This document shows positions 38,640 to 47,541 of a stretch of DNA of 64,000 bases, one piece after another. Made by a program: the position numbers and the translations under genes. The DNA is from Fidelibacterota bacterium. Its GTDB lineage: Bacteria; Fidelibacterota; Marinisomatia; SCGC-AAA003-L08; JACNLC01. Position 1 is the stretch's first letter. Each line of letters starts with the position of its first letter. Location of the stretch: assembly GCA_013204025.1 (NCBI GenBank), contig JABMOW010000126.1, positions 4,399 to 68,398 of the forward strand, written 5' to 3'. A model generated the notes under the pieces. The model saw only the letters and a list, made by a program, of their open reading frames with translations, searched no databases and had not been told where the DNA came from.

Positions 38640-39831
38640 TAATCTTTCGATAAAGGGTTCGTTCTGAAATATCTAAAGCCCGAGCGGTTTTCCGTCGGTT
38701 ATCGTTAAATTTTTCTAATGTACGTTCTATCATTTCATGTTCGAGGTCGGTGATAGTAATCTCGCCAATGGCTTCTTTTCTGATTGCCCGAAACCGACCC
38801 TCTTCAACTTCCTGAATTTCTCCGGAAGGTATATGTGCATTCACTTTTTTATCGGTTGGTGGCAGGTACAACGCTGAATTTGCCGGATACATACTTTCGT
38901 TTGTCCGATCATGTTCAGACAGAAGAAGTTGTTTGATCTCATTCACATCTTGCCGAACATACAGCAATTGTTTCAAAATAAGTTCGCGTTCCATTTTATC
39001 TGATTCACCATCGATAAGGATCGGTAAATTCATATTAATATCTTTGACATTCAATCCCAGGGATTTGCGAACCTGATCTTCTGTGATGCGTTCACCCCTG
39101 TGGATGACAATCAGACTTTCCACCAGATTTTTTAATTCACGGATATTTCCCGGCCAGTGGTACGATCGCATAACTTTAATCGCATCGGCGACAAACCCTC
39201 TAAACACGATGTCATTTTTTGCACAAAATTCTAATCCAAATCGTTCAATGAACAAATGGATATCTGAAGTATGGTCTCTTAACGGCGGGACCTTAATCGT
39301 TATGGTTTTCAGTCTAAAATACAGGTCTTTTCGAAATTTTTCTTTACGGACTTCATTTGTTAATTCGCGATTGGTGGCGGCGATCACCCTTGTGTCCACT
39401 CGTTCAGTTTTGCTGCCACCTACTCTCATAAATTCGCCCTGTTCGATGACGCGCAGTAATTTTGCCTGGGTTTCTATAGGTGTCTCACCGATCTCATCCA
39501 GAAAGATGGTACCTTTATGAGCGGTTTCAAAATAACCTTTCCGTTCCTCGGTGGCACCCGTAAAAGAGCCTTTTTTATGCCCGAATAATTCACTCTCAAT
39601 GATTCCTGCAGGGATGGCCCCGCAATTGACGGTAACCATTGGTTCAAATTTCCGACGGCTGTTTTTATGGATGGCTTTTGCGACCATTTCTTTTCCGGTC
39701 CCGGATTCTCCATCAATCAGTACACTGATATTCGTATCCGCCACCTGTCCGATAAGCATCAACATGTCGCGAATCAATTCGGATTCTCCAACGATGCCTA
39801 CCGATTTTCTGATTTTTTCTATATCAATCAT
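38614..39831 (-). CDS. Sigma-54-dependent transcriptional activator (AAA+ domain + C-terminal HTH, no N-terminal sensory or receiver domain)
   Basis: 405-aa ORF with Walker A (GESGTGKE), a GAFTGA-type loop (KGSFTGA), ESELFGH and the arginine-finger region. A Fis-type HTH lies at the C-terminus (NRRKTARALDISERTLYRKI). The AAA+ domain starts within ~20 aa of the N-terminus. Confidence 0.9.
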   Translation of the reverse strand: MIDIEKIRKSVGIVGESELIRDMLMLIGQVADTNISVLIDGESGTGKEMVAKAIHKNSRRKFEPMVTVNCGAIPAGIIESELFGHKKGSFTGATEERKGYFETAHKGTIFLDEIGETPIETQAKLLRVIEQGEFMRVGGSKTERVDTRVIAATNRELTNEVRKEKFRKDLYFRLKTITIKVPPLRDHTSDIHLFIERFGLEFCAKNDIVFRGFVADAIKVMRSYHWPGNIRELKNLVESLIVIHRGERITEDQVRKSLGLNVKDINMNLPILIDGESDKMERELILKQLLYVRQDVNEIKQLLLSEHDRTNESMYPANSALYLPPTDKKVNAHIPSGEIQEVEEGRFRAIRKEAIGEITITDLEHEMIERTLEKFNDNRRKTARALDISERTLYRKISEYGIRKN

Positions 39832-41122
39832 CTTGTTTCCTCAATAAGTATCGTAGTCCTCGTTGACCGATATCACGTCGATAAATCATATGGTCAAAAC
39901 GGATGGTTCCAATACTGGAATATGCGTCCCGGATCGCACTGGATAAATCCTGCCCAAGACCGCAAACATTTAATACTCTCCCACCGGTAGTTACAACAGT
40001 TTGATCGCTACGTCGTTCGGTACCTGCATGAAAGATAAGTTGGTGGGCACATTCTTCCAACCCCTCGATGATCATTCCTTTTGGATATTTGCCTGGATAT
40101 CCATCCACAGCTAAAACCACTGTCACGGCTGTGTCCGACGATATCTCAACATTGACATTGTGCAATTCCTGTTGAAGCGAAGCAAATATCAACTCTGCGA
40201 ATGAGGATTTTAGCAATGGAAGTACGACTTGGGTTTCAGGATCACCCAAACGCACATTATATTCAATCACATACGGCTCACCATTCACTACCATGATCCC
40301 AGCATACAAAAATCCCTTGTATGGAGTTCCTTCCTTTTTCAGTCCGGCTAACGTGGGGATCAAAACCAGGGATTCAATTCTTGACATTAATTCGGGAGTT
40401 GCCAGTCGTGTTGGAGAATATGCACCCATCCCTCCGGTATTGGGTCCCTCATCTTCTTCAAAAATCCGCTTGTGATCCTGTGCGGTGTTTAGCACAACGA
40501 AGGTGTCACCGTCACATACAGCAAAAACGGATAATTCCTCTCCCTCTAAAAATTTTTCTATGGTGATACGTTCACCGGCAGTACCAAACACCTGACGCGT
40601 AAACATCTGATCCATTGCAGTGTCAAATTCAGATTCGGTGTTACAGATGATCACTCCTTTTCCTGCAGCCAAACCATCTGCTTTTACTACCAATGGAAAG
40701 CCAAATGTCTTTTGTGCTTCCCTAGCCGCATCAAGAGAGTCACAGACGATGAACTTCGGCTGCGGGATGTGGTTTCGTTCCATAAACTCACGTGCAAATA
40801 TTTTGCTGCTTTCCAGGCGAGCAGCGGATTGTGTTGGACCAAAGATCAGTTCACCTTCTGCATCGAAGTGATCCACAATGCCTGCAGATAGGGGTAATTC
40901 GGGACCAACTACTGTAAAATCGATATTGTGTTGCCGTACGAAACGGATCAATCCATCAAAATCGTTTATGGATATTTTTACGTTTTCAGCCAGCGATGCA
41001 GTACCACCGTTCCCGGGAGCGCAAAAGACTTTCTCCACGTTGGTATCACGGGTGAAGGACCATGCAATAGCATGTTCCCTGCCACCACTGCCAATGATCA
41101 GAATACGGAATTTTTTCTTCAC
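39824..41122 (-). CDS. purD: Phosphoribosylamine--glycine ligase
   Basis: 432-aa ORF with the N-terminus [15 protein letters not shown], an ATP-grasp core and a typical PurD length. Confidence 0.95.
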   Translation of the reverse strand: MKKKFRILIIGSGGREHAIAWSFTRDTNVEKVFCAPGNGGTASLAENVKISINDFDGLIRFVRQHNIDFTVVGPELPLSAGIVDHFDAEGELIFGPTQSAARLESSKIFAREFMERNHIPQPKFIVCDSLDAAREAQKTFGFPLVVKADGLAAGKGVIICNTESEFDTAMDQMFTRQVFGTAGERITIEKFLEGEELSVFAVCDGDTFVVLNTAQDHKRIFEEDEGPNTGGMGAYSPTRLATPELMSRIESLVLIPTLAGLKKEGTPYKGFLYAGIMVVNGEPYVIEYNVRLGDPETQVVLPLLKSSFAELIFASLQQELHNVNVEISSDTAVTVVLAVDGYPGKYPKGMIIEGLEECAHQLIFHAGTERRSDQTVVTTGGRVLNVCGLGQDLSSAIRDAYSSIGTIRFDHMIYRRDIGQRGLRYLLRKQDD

Positions 41123-43122
41123 GATGCCACCTGTTTCAATTTACTTTCAATTTCCAGAATTTTATCCCGCAGGATGGCTGCCTGTTCAAACTGGAGTTCC
41201 TTCGCACACCGAAGCATACGTCGCTTTAAAGTAGCCAGTTGATCTTTGTCCTCGATATTGTCTAGAGTCGTATCGGGTAGGGAATCCGGGATGCCAGATA
41301 GATAATCTGTTTGCTCATCAGCTACAGATGTACTCAGCCGGATTTCTTCCACTGATTTGTAAATGGTTTGAGCTGTGATGTTATGAGCTTTGTTATGCGC
41401 TTCCTGAATTTTTCGACGTCGGGCAGTTTCATCAATCACAAATTGCATTGATGCAGTAATCTTATCGGCATAAAATATGACCCGGCCTTTCACATTTCTT
41501 GCGGCTCGTCCTGCCACCTGCATCAGAGATGTTTTCGATCTCAGAAATCCCTCTTTATCGGCGTCAAATACCGCTACCAGTGAGACCTCCGGCAGATCCA
41601 ACCCCTCTCGGAGAAGGTTGATTCCCACCAGTACATCGAATTCGCCCAGTCGCAGAGATCGAAGTATTCTCACACGCTCCATGGTTTCCACCTTACTATG
41701 CATGTACCGGGTTCGAATACCTGTCCCCAACAAATAGTCCGTGAGATCTTCCGCCATTCGGATGGTGAGAGTGGTGATGAGTACACGTTCTCTCCGAGCA
41801 GATCGGGTTTTAATCTCCTCAATTACATTATCAATCTGACCTCGTGATGGACGTATAACGATTTCAGGGTCTAGCAAGCCTGTGGGCCGGATGACCTGTT
41901 CCACAATGACGCCCTCAGATTTTACCAGTTCGTATTCCCGCGGTGTTGCAGAAACAAAGATCACCTGATTCAGCACTTTTTCAAACTCTTCAAATTTCAT
42001 CGGACGGTTATCCAGTGCAGATGGCAGTCGAAAGCCATAATCTACTAATGTGGTTTTTCTGGATCGATCACCGTTGTACATGCCACCAATCTGTGGAACG
42101 GAGACATGGGATTCATCAATAAACATGAGAAAATCTTTGGGGAAAAAATCCATCAGCGTATGAGGACGCTTACCTGCCATTCGGCCTTCCAGGTGCCGGG
42201 AGTAGTTCTCAATACCGGAGCAGTAACCCAGTTCCATCATCATTTCCATATCGAAATGAGTACGTTGCTCCAACCGCTGAATTTCCAGTAGTTTGTCCTG
42301 ATCTCGAAAATTTTTCAACTGACCTGATAATTCTCCACGGATATCTTCCAGGGCACGATTGATATTTTCACGGGTCGTGACAAAATGTTTGGCGGGATAG
42401 ACGGAAAAAGTATCCATCGATTCCAGAACTTCGCCGGTCATGACGTTGAACCGAACAATGGATTCGATCTCATCTCCGAACAGATCCACCCGGATAGCAT
42501 ATTCATCATATGCAGGAAAAACTTCTAGCACATCTCCTCGCATACGGAAAACACCCTGCTCCAGAGCCAGATCGTTGCGCCGATAATGGATATCCACCAG
42601 ATGCTTTAGCGTCTGTTTTAGGTTTATAGATTTCCCCACTTCAAACGGTACCAACATGGCTTTATAATCTTGTGGAGACCCAATGCCGTAAATACAACTC
42701 ACAGACGAAACAATGATCACGTCTTGGCGACTCATGAGAGAAGTGGTGGCTCGTAGACGAAGACGGTCAATCTCTTCATCAATAGAAGAATCTTTTTCAA
42801 TAAAGGTGTCAGTGACCGGCATATAAGCTTCCGGCTGGTAATAGTCGTAATAGGAAATGAAAAATTCCACGGCATTTTGGGGGAACAGCGATTTGAATTC
42901 ACCATAGAGTTGTGCAGCAAGTGTCTTATTGTGAGAGAGGATCAGCGTAGGCTTTTGAACCTGCTGAATCACATTCGCCATGGTGAAGGTCTTCCCTGAA
43001 CCGGTGATACCCAATAGCGTCTGAAAAGGTTTGCCCGTATCCAAACCTTGTACTAATTCCCGGATGGCGTTTGGTTGATCCCCTGCGGGTTCAAAGGTTG
43101 AGTGTAGTTTAAAGTCTGCCAT
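41119..43122 (-). CDS. uvrB: Excinuclease ABC subunit B
   Basis: It has Walker A (GITGSGKTF), helicase motifs and a C-terminal UVR domain ([12 protein letters not shown]). I set the start at the internal ATG 43122 ([20 protein letters not shown]), which matches canonical UvrB N-termini. The track ORF extends 18 codons further upstream. Confidence 0.95.
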   Translation of the reverse strand: MADFKLHSTFEPAGDQPNAIRELVQGLDTGKPFQTLLGITGSGKTFTMANVIQQVQKPTLILSHNKTLAAQLYGEFKSLFPQNAVEFFISYYDYYQPEAYMPVTDTFIEKDSSIDEEIDRLRLRATTSLMSRQDVIIVSSVSCIYGIGSPQDYKAMLVPFEVGKSINLKQTLKHLVDIHYRRNDLALEQGVFRMRGDVLEVFPAYDEYAIRVDLFGDEIESIVRFNVMTGEVLESMDTFSVYPAKHFVTTRENINRALEDIRGELSGQLKNFRDQDKLLEIQRLEQRTHFDMEMMMELGYCSGIENYSRHLEGRMAGKRPHTLMDFFPKDFLMFIDESHVSVPQIGGMYNGDRSRKTTLVDYGFRLPSALDNRPMKFEEFEKVLNQVIFVSATPREYELVKSEGVIVEQVIRPTGLLDPEIVIRPSRGQIDNVIEEIKTRSARRERVLITTLTIRMAEDLTDYLLGTGIRTRYMHSKVETMERVRILRSLRLGEFDVLVGINLLREGLDLPEVSLVAVFDADKEGFLRSKTSLMQVAGRAARNVKGRVIFYADKITASMQFVIDETARRRKIQEAHNKAHNITAQTIYKSVEEIRLSTSVADEQTDYLSGIPDSLPDTTLDNIEDKDQLATLKRRMLRCAKELQFEQAAILRDKILEIESKLKQVAS

Positions 43123-43393
43123 AATGACTCTAAATTTACAGCGGTTTCCCCTTTCGGGAAAATGACAGGATTGCATATTTTTATCTCGATTATTGGATTA
43201 GCTGGATGCTCCTCTAACTTTTATTTTGATCGATGGTTAAAGCTCGATCTGTGATTTCGATAATGATTCTTAAGGAAGACTCCAACACAGTAAATTACCG
43301 GAAGTGCGTGCACCTTGTTAAAAACATCAGGTAAAAATAATTGCAACGGTGGTTATTGTGTAGATAGCGTTAACAAAGTGGTCATTATTTAAT

Positions 43394-43409
43394 TTTACAT
43401 TAATGTAAA
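43394..43409. promoter_or_regulatory. Perfect 16-bp palindrome immediately upstream of the sensor kinase start codon (possible operator)
   Basis: TTTACATTAATGTAAA ends 3 nt before the ATG at 43413 and occupies the position where an RBS would lie. Confidence 0.3.
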
Positions 43410-43412
43410 TCG

Positions 43413-44843
43413 ATGAAGAAAAAACATTTAGTCTGGCTTATCCTCATTTGGACATCCATAATTGCCACCTCTTTTGGGTGGAATTATTTATTGCTTTTAT
43501 CCAATAACCAAAAAGTAGTTCTCAATAAATCACAGGCTTTTTTTGAACAAATATTGGTTACGCGAGCTTGGAACGCTCAACACGGCGGTGTATATGTCCC
43601 CGTAACTGAAACCACACCTCCAAATCCGTATCTTAAAGACCCACTCAGAGACGTCGTTACTGTTGATGGGTTGCAGCTTACAAAATTAAATCCGTCTTAT
43701 ATGACCCGACAGATCTCTGAAATAGACAAAAATAATTACGATCTTCATTTTCACATCACCAGTTTGAATCCCATACGCCCGGAGAATAAGGCCGATGAGT
43801 GGGAAACCACTGCACTTACTTTATTCGAAAAAGAAACCCCTGAAATACTTGAAGTGGTCAAAACGGAATCAAGTTCTCAATATCGGTATATGGCTCCGTT
43901 GATTACCGAAAAAAGCTGTCTTAAATGCCATGAAAAGCAAGGGTATAAATTGGGGGACGTCCGTGGTGGCATCAGTATATCTTTTTCTTCAGATATGTAT
44001 TTAAAAGGGATGGAAAAACAAATATTCGCCTTATCTGCGATCCATCTTCTGATCCTTGGATTGGGAATAATGGGTATTTTTTATTATCGCAAAAAAACTA
44101 ATACTTATTTTTCTATTATCAAGAACAAGAATACAGAACTGATGCAAACGAATGCAACAAAAGATAAGTTTTTCTCAATCATTGCCCATGATCTACGAAA
44201 TCCGTTCAATATAATTCTTGGGTACACGGACTTATTAAAATCAGGATACCACGATCTCAAAGATGATGATCGAGAAGAGATCATTGGAGAAATTGATAAA
44301 TCATCAAATAGAGCGTTTGAATTATTAGAAAACTTATTGTTGTGGGCAAGAGTTCAAAAAGATAGACTTGAAATAGTAAAAGTAGATTTGAATGTAAAAG
44401 AAATAATCAATGGGGCAACTGAGGCATATCTCTCTGGCGCGGAAAAGAAAAACCTCACAGTTGATTTTGGGATTCCTGAGAACATTATTATTCATGCAGA
44501 TAAATTCACCATAAGTACCGTTATTGTCAATCTGTTTAGTAATGCAATTAAGTTCACTCCCGAAAATGGGAATATAGATATTAGTGCAACCGATAAAGAT
44601 CATTTTATTGAGATCAGTATTTCTGACAATGGGATGGGTATCCCTCCTGAAAACATATCAAAACTATTTCGCGTGGAATATAATCTCTCCACTTTGGGTA
44701 CAAATGATGAAAAAGGCACCGGATTGGGGTTAATACTGTGTAAAGAATTCGTAGAAAAAAATGGCGGAACCATACGGGTTGAAAGTGAAGTGGGAAAAGG
44801 TACGAATTTTATCATTACGATTCCCAAAAGGAACGACCTATAA
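43413..44843 (+). CDS. Sensor histidine kinase with a periplasmic DUF3365 (Tll0287-like) domain carrying a c-type heme-binding motif
   Basis: 476-aa ORF. TM1 (aa ~5-27) is followed by a periplasmic domain containing C169-LK-CH (nt 43917-43931) and then TM2 (aa ~205-225). It has an H-box (FFSIIAHDLRNP) and an HATPase_c domain (N-box NAIKFT, G-boxes DNGMGI and GTGLGL). Confidence 0.88.
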   Translation: MKKKHLVWLILIWTSIIATSFGWNYLLLLSNNQKVVLNKSQAFFEQILVTRAWNAQHGGVYVPVTETTPPNPYLKDPLRDVVTVDGLQLTKLNPSYMTRQISEIDKNNYDLHFHITSLNPIRPENKADEWETTALTLFEKETPEILEVVKTESSSQYRYMAPLITEKSCLKCHEKQGYKLGDVRGGISISFSSDMYLKGMEKQIFALSAIHLLILGLGIMGIFYYRKKTNTYFSIIKNKNTELMQTNATKDKFFSIIAHDLRNPFNIILGYTDLLKSGYHDLKDDDREEIIGEIDKSSNRAFELLENLLLWARVQKDRLEIVKVDLNVKEIINGATEAYLSGAEKKNLTVDFGIPENIIIHADKFTISTVIVNLFSNAIKFTPENGNIDISATDKDHFIEISISDNGMGIPPENISKLFRVEYNLSTLGTNDEKGTGLGLILCKEFVEKNGGTIRVESEVGKGTNFIITIPKRNDL

Positions 44844-44934
44844 ATCGTTCCACTCATCTTTACACAAAATCATAACATCCACTTATCCATCGATTTATGA
44901 GTAAATTGTACAAACCAAAAGTCAGGTAATTGTT

Positions 44935-45672
44935 ATGGATTTAAAACTCGCTGTATTAATAGATGGTGATAATATTCCTTCAGCTTATGTGAAAGAGATG
45001 ATGGAAGAAATTGCCAAGTATGGGAATCCCACCATAAAACGAATTTATGGAGACTGGACCAACCCCAAGGTCTCAAAGTGGAAGAATATTCTTCTTGAAA
45101 ACGCCATCACCCCCATTCAACAATATGGATATACTACCGGTAAAAATGCTACCGATTCCGCCATGATCATCGATGCAATGGATATTCTGTATTCTGGTCG
45201 TGTGGACGGATTTTGTCTGGTTTCAAGTGATAGCGATTTTACCCGGCTTGCCACCCGACTTCGTGAAGCCGGTATGCATGTCATCGGTATCGGCGAGAAG
45301 AAAACACCGAACCCGTTTATCGTTGCCTGTGATAAATTCATTTATCTCGAAATTCTTAAATCCACTTCAGATGAAAACGAATCGGAACCAACAAAGAGCA
45401 CATCCTCCCTCAAAGCCAGTTTTGATAAAATCACTCCGAAGGTGATCAAGCTGATCTCAATGACAATCTCTGATTTGGCAGACGATGACGGGTGGGCTTT
45501 TTTGGGTGATGTGGGAAATCTGCTGCAGAAAAAGCAACCCAATTTTGATTCCAGAAACTATGGCTTTCAAAAACTTACACCATTGATTAAATCCATTCAG
45601 AAATTCGAAGTTGAACTGCGCGAAAGTCCAAAAGGACGATTCAAATTAATTTATGTGAAGAACAAGGATTAG
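44935..45672 (+). CDS. NYN domain ribonuclease-like protein with a C-terminal OST-HTH/LOTUS domain
   Basis: 245-aa ORF. The N-terminal LAVLIDGDN...SDSDF pattern fits PIN-like NYN domains. The C-terminal ~70 aa fit the LOTUS pattern (GWAFLGDVGNLLQKKQPNFDSRNYGFQKL). Confidence 0.8.
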   Translation: MDLKLAVLIDGDNIPSAYVKEMMEEIAKYGNPTIKRIYGDWTNPKVSKWKNILLENAITPIQQYGYTTGKNATDSAMIIDAMDILYSGRVDGFCLVSSDSDFTRLATRLREAGMHVIGIGEKKTPNPFIVACDKFIYLEILKSTSDENESEPTKSTSSLKASFDKITPKVIKLISMTISDLADDDGWAFLGDVGNLLQKKQPNFDSRNYGFQKLTPLIKSIQKFEVELRESPKGRFKLIYVKNKD

Positions 45673-45991
45673 AATCCTCACTTTAGAACAAACCTGAAAT
45701 AACTTAATCTTACAGTTTACGCCACTCCATTCTGACTTATATCGGTCAGAACTTCAAGATATTATAAATTACGCATCTCCTCAAATCCACACTCGTTGTG
45801 GAGTAATAGTGATATTACATGAGTGCATGGGAGAATGTAAAATCCCATCCACGAAGAAGATGGAGTCTAAAACCGTTTTTCCACGATGGTATCGCTTCTG
45901 GCGATGCTATCGGTTTTTTCAGAGTCTATCGATAGCATTGGAAATTCAATCTCAACTGGGATTACCAATACTATCGCGCAGAAATAGGTGT

Positions 45992-46699
45992 TTATCTCAA
46001 CCAGCGAGCAGTGATCCAATTCGCCAGATGCCGGATAAAACCCCCGTTTTTATGTTTAAGATTCATATCTTTTCGAAGAGAATACCGAAAGCGCTGTTCA
46101 TCAGCAAGGGGTGTTTTTAGAACGTATAGGCGATATTGATCTGATCGGGTTTTTAGCATCACATCCATGGACCTTCGATTGTCATAGGGTGTGAGTATGT
46201 CCTTTAACGTCATGGCATTAGCTGCTTTAACCAGATAGCAATATGTCCCGGCGTTTGCTCCTTTAATATACCCAGTAGGTGGACGCATTACATGATCTGA
46301 TACCGAGTCACCGGTGATCTTGTGGCATGCCAAACGGATCACATCCCAATCATCAGGGACCTCATCCCAACTAATCTCATTCAATTTTAAAAGAAAATCA
46401 TTTTCCAATATTGCATCATCTTCGCAGATGAGGGCGATGTTCACATCTGGATCATTATAAATTTTTTCCCATAGAGTCACATGACTCAGCAAGCATCCCA
46501 GACTACCGGGCATATTCATCTTAAAATCAGAAACGAGATATCCATCTTGCGCCCATTGAATAAGGTCGATGCTGTCACCTCTCACTGCAGGAAAAATCTC
46601 AACTTGAACACCTGCGATTCGACAGGATTCAAAAAAACGATCCAGCCTTTCGCTCTTCTGATCGGGGAAGCCGATCACAAATGCTTGATCAAAATGCAT
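45992..46699 (-). CDS. Glycosyltransferase family 25 (LPS/LOS biosynthesis type)
   Basis: 235-aa ORF with the GT25-type N-terminus (FVIGFPDQKSERLDRF...EIFPAV), GCLLSH and a DD-containing block (ICEDDAIL). Confidence 0.75.
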   Translation of the reverse strand: MHFDQAFVIGFPDQKSERLDRFFESCRIAGVQVEIFPAVRGDSIDLIQWAQDGYLVSDFKMNMPGSLGCLLSHVTLWEKIYNDPDVNIALICEDDAILENDFLLKLNEISWDEVPDDWDVIRLACHKITGDSVSDHVMRPPTGYIKGANAGTYCYLVKAANAMTLKDILTPYDNRRSMDVMLKTRSDQYRLYVLKTPLADEQRFRYSLRKDMNLKHKNGGFIRHLANWITARWLR

Positions 46700-47541
46700 T
46701 ATGTATCCTTTTTACTCTGTGAAGGTGTACTGTCAGAAATTTTTTCTAATAGGAAAACCGTTCCCAAATTCACAATTTCTCCCAGGATTGGGATATTCCC
46801 CATCTTCGATTCCCGCGTCTTCCACCCATAGCGTATCTCGTGAGAAGGTCGGATGTGAAAATACTTTTCGTTTTGTATAAAATAGTCTGCATTATTAGCG
46901 AGTTTTCGAAACGCACTGATGGTGATCCTGCACTCACGAATGTGGGCAATCTCCTGAATGTCCTCCTCCGTTTCACCTGACCATTCCAGAATCGGAGTCA
47001 GCAACATTTCAGGAATCCACCCCAGAAATGGGATCTTTTTTAATCCCCGTTTCAATAGCGTCTGCTGATGTAAACCAAAGGGTGAATAAAATGGTGGGAA
47101 GGTCACCAGTACTTTGGATCCGGGATGGATAAGCTTATCAATGGCTCGGAAAAATTCATGTTTTTGCGAAATGGCGATATGTTCTATCACGTCACGAAGG
47201 ATGATGATATCAAAGGGCGCACCCAGTACATCAGGCGCATTTATCGAAGTGATATCCTGAACCAGAAACCGGGGATTCTTTGATCCTCCCGGCCATGGGA
47301 CCGGACGAATCTCCACGCCAGTACAATCACTATCTGCCTGTGCAAATGCCGAGGTGAATCCACCGTTTCCACATCCAATATCCAACACAGATTTGTTTGC
47401 TACCTCCACTCCCCAGTGTTGAATGAGGGGGATATAATAATTCTGTGCCAACTGAAACTGGTATTGAAAGTAGTATTCCTGCCAGGATGAAAAATCATTT
47501 TGATTGAGAAATGACAATTTTGTGAATAATCGAGTGGTCAT
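46699..47541 (-). CDS. Class I SAM-dependent methyltransferase
   Basis: 280-aa ORF with motif I (VLDIGCGNGGF) and a post-I acidic residue. It overlaps GT25 by 1 nt and uvrC by 4 nt. Confidence 0.85.
   Translation of the reverse strand: MTTRLFTKLSFLNQNDFSSWQEYYFQYQFQLAQNYYIPLIQHWGVEVANKSVLDIGCGNGGFTSAFAQADSDCTGVEIRPVPWPGGSKNPRFLVQDITSINAPDVLGAPFDIIILRDVIEHIAISQKHEFFRAIDKLIHPGSKVLVTFPPFYSPFGLHQQTLLKRGLKKIPFLGWIPEMLLTPILEWSGETEEDIQEIAHIRECRITISAFRKLANNADYFIQNEKYFHIRPSHEIRYGWKTRESKMGNIPILGEIVNLGTVFLLEKISDSTPSQSKKDT

Noticed and set aside
37090-41242. Many 60-150-aa antisense ORFs within asnS, the sigma-54 activator and purD (for example 37090-37542, 39083-39520, 40878-41234)
   Set aside because: They lie opposite strongly supported housekeeping CDSs, and none has recognisable motifs.
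45730-45938. Two hairpins (45730-45751 and 45904-45938) in the NYN/GT25 convergent spacer as terminators
   Set aside because: Their stems are short or have 17-nt loops, and neither has a flanking T-run.
45809-46120. 103-aa plus-strand ORF between the NYN/LOTUS and GT25 genes
   Set aside because: It overlaps the 3' end of the GT25 CDS in antisense. Its composition is Arg/Cys/Trp-rich and non-protein-like, and it has no RBS.
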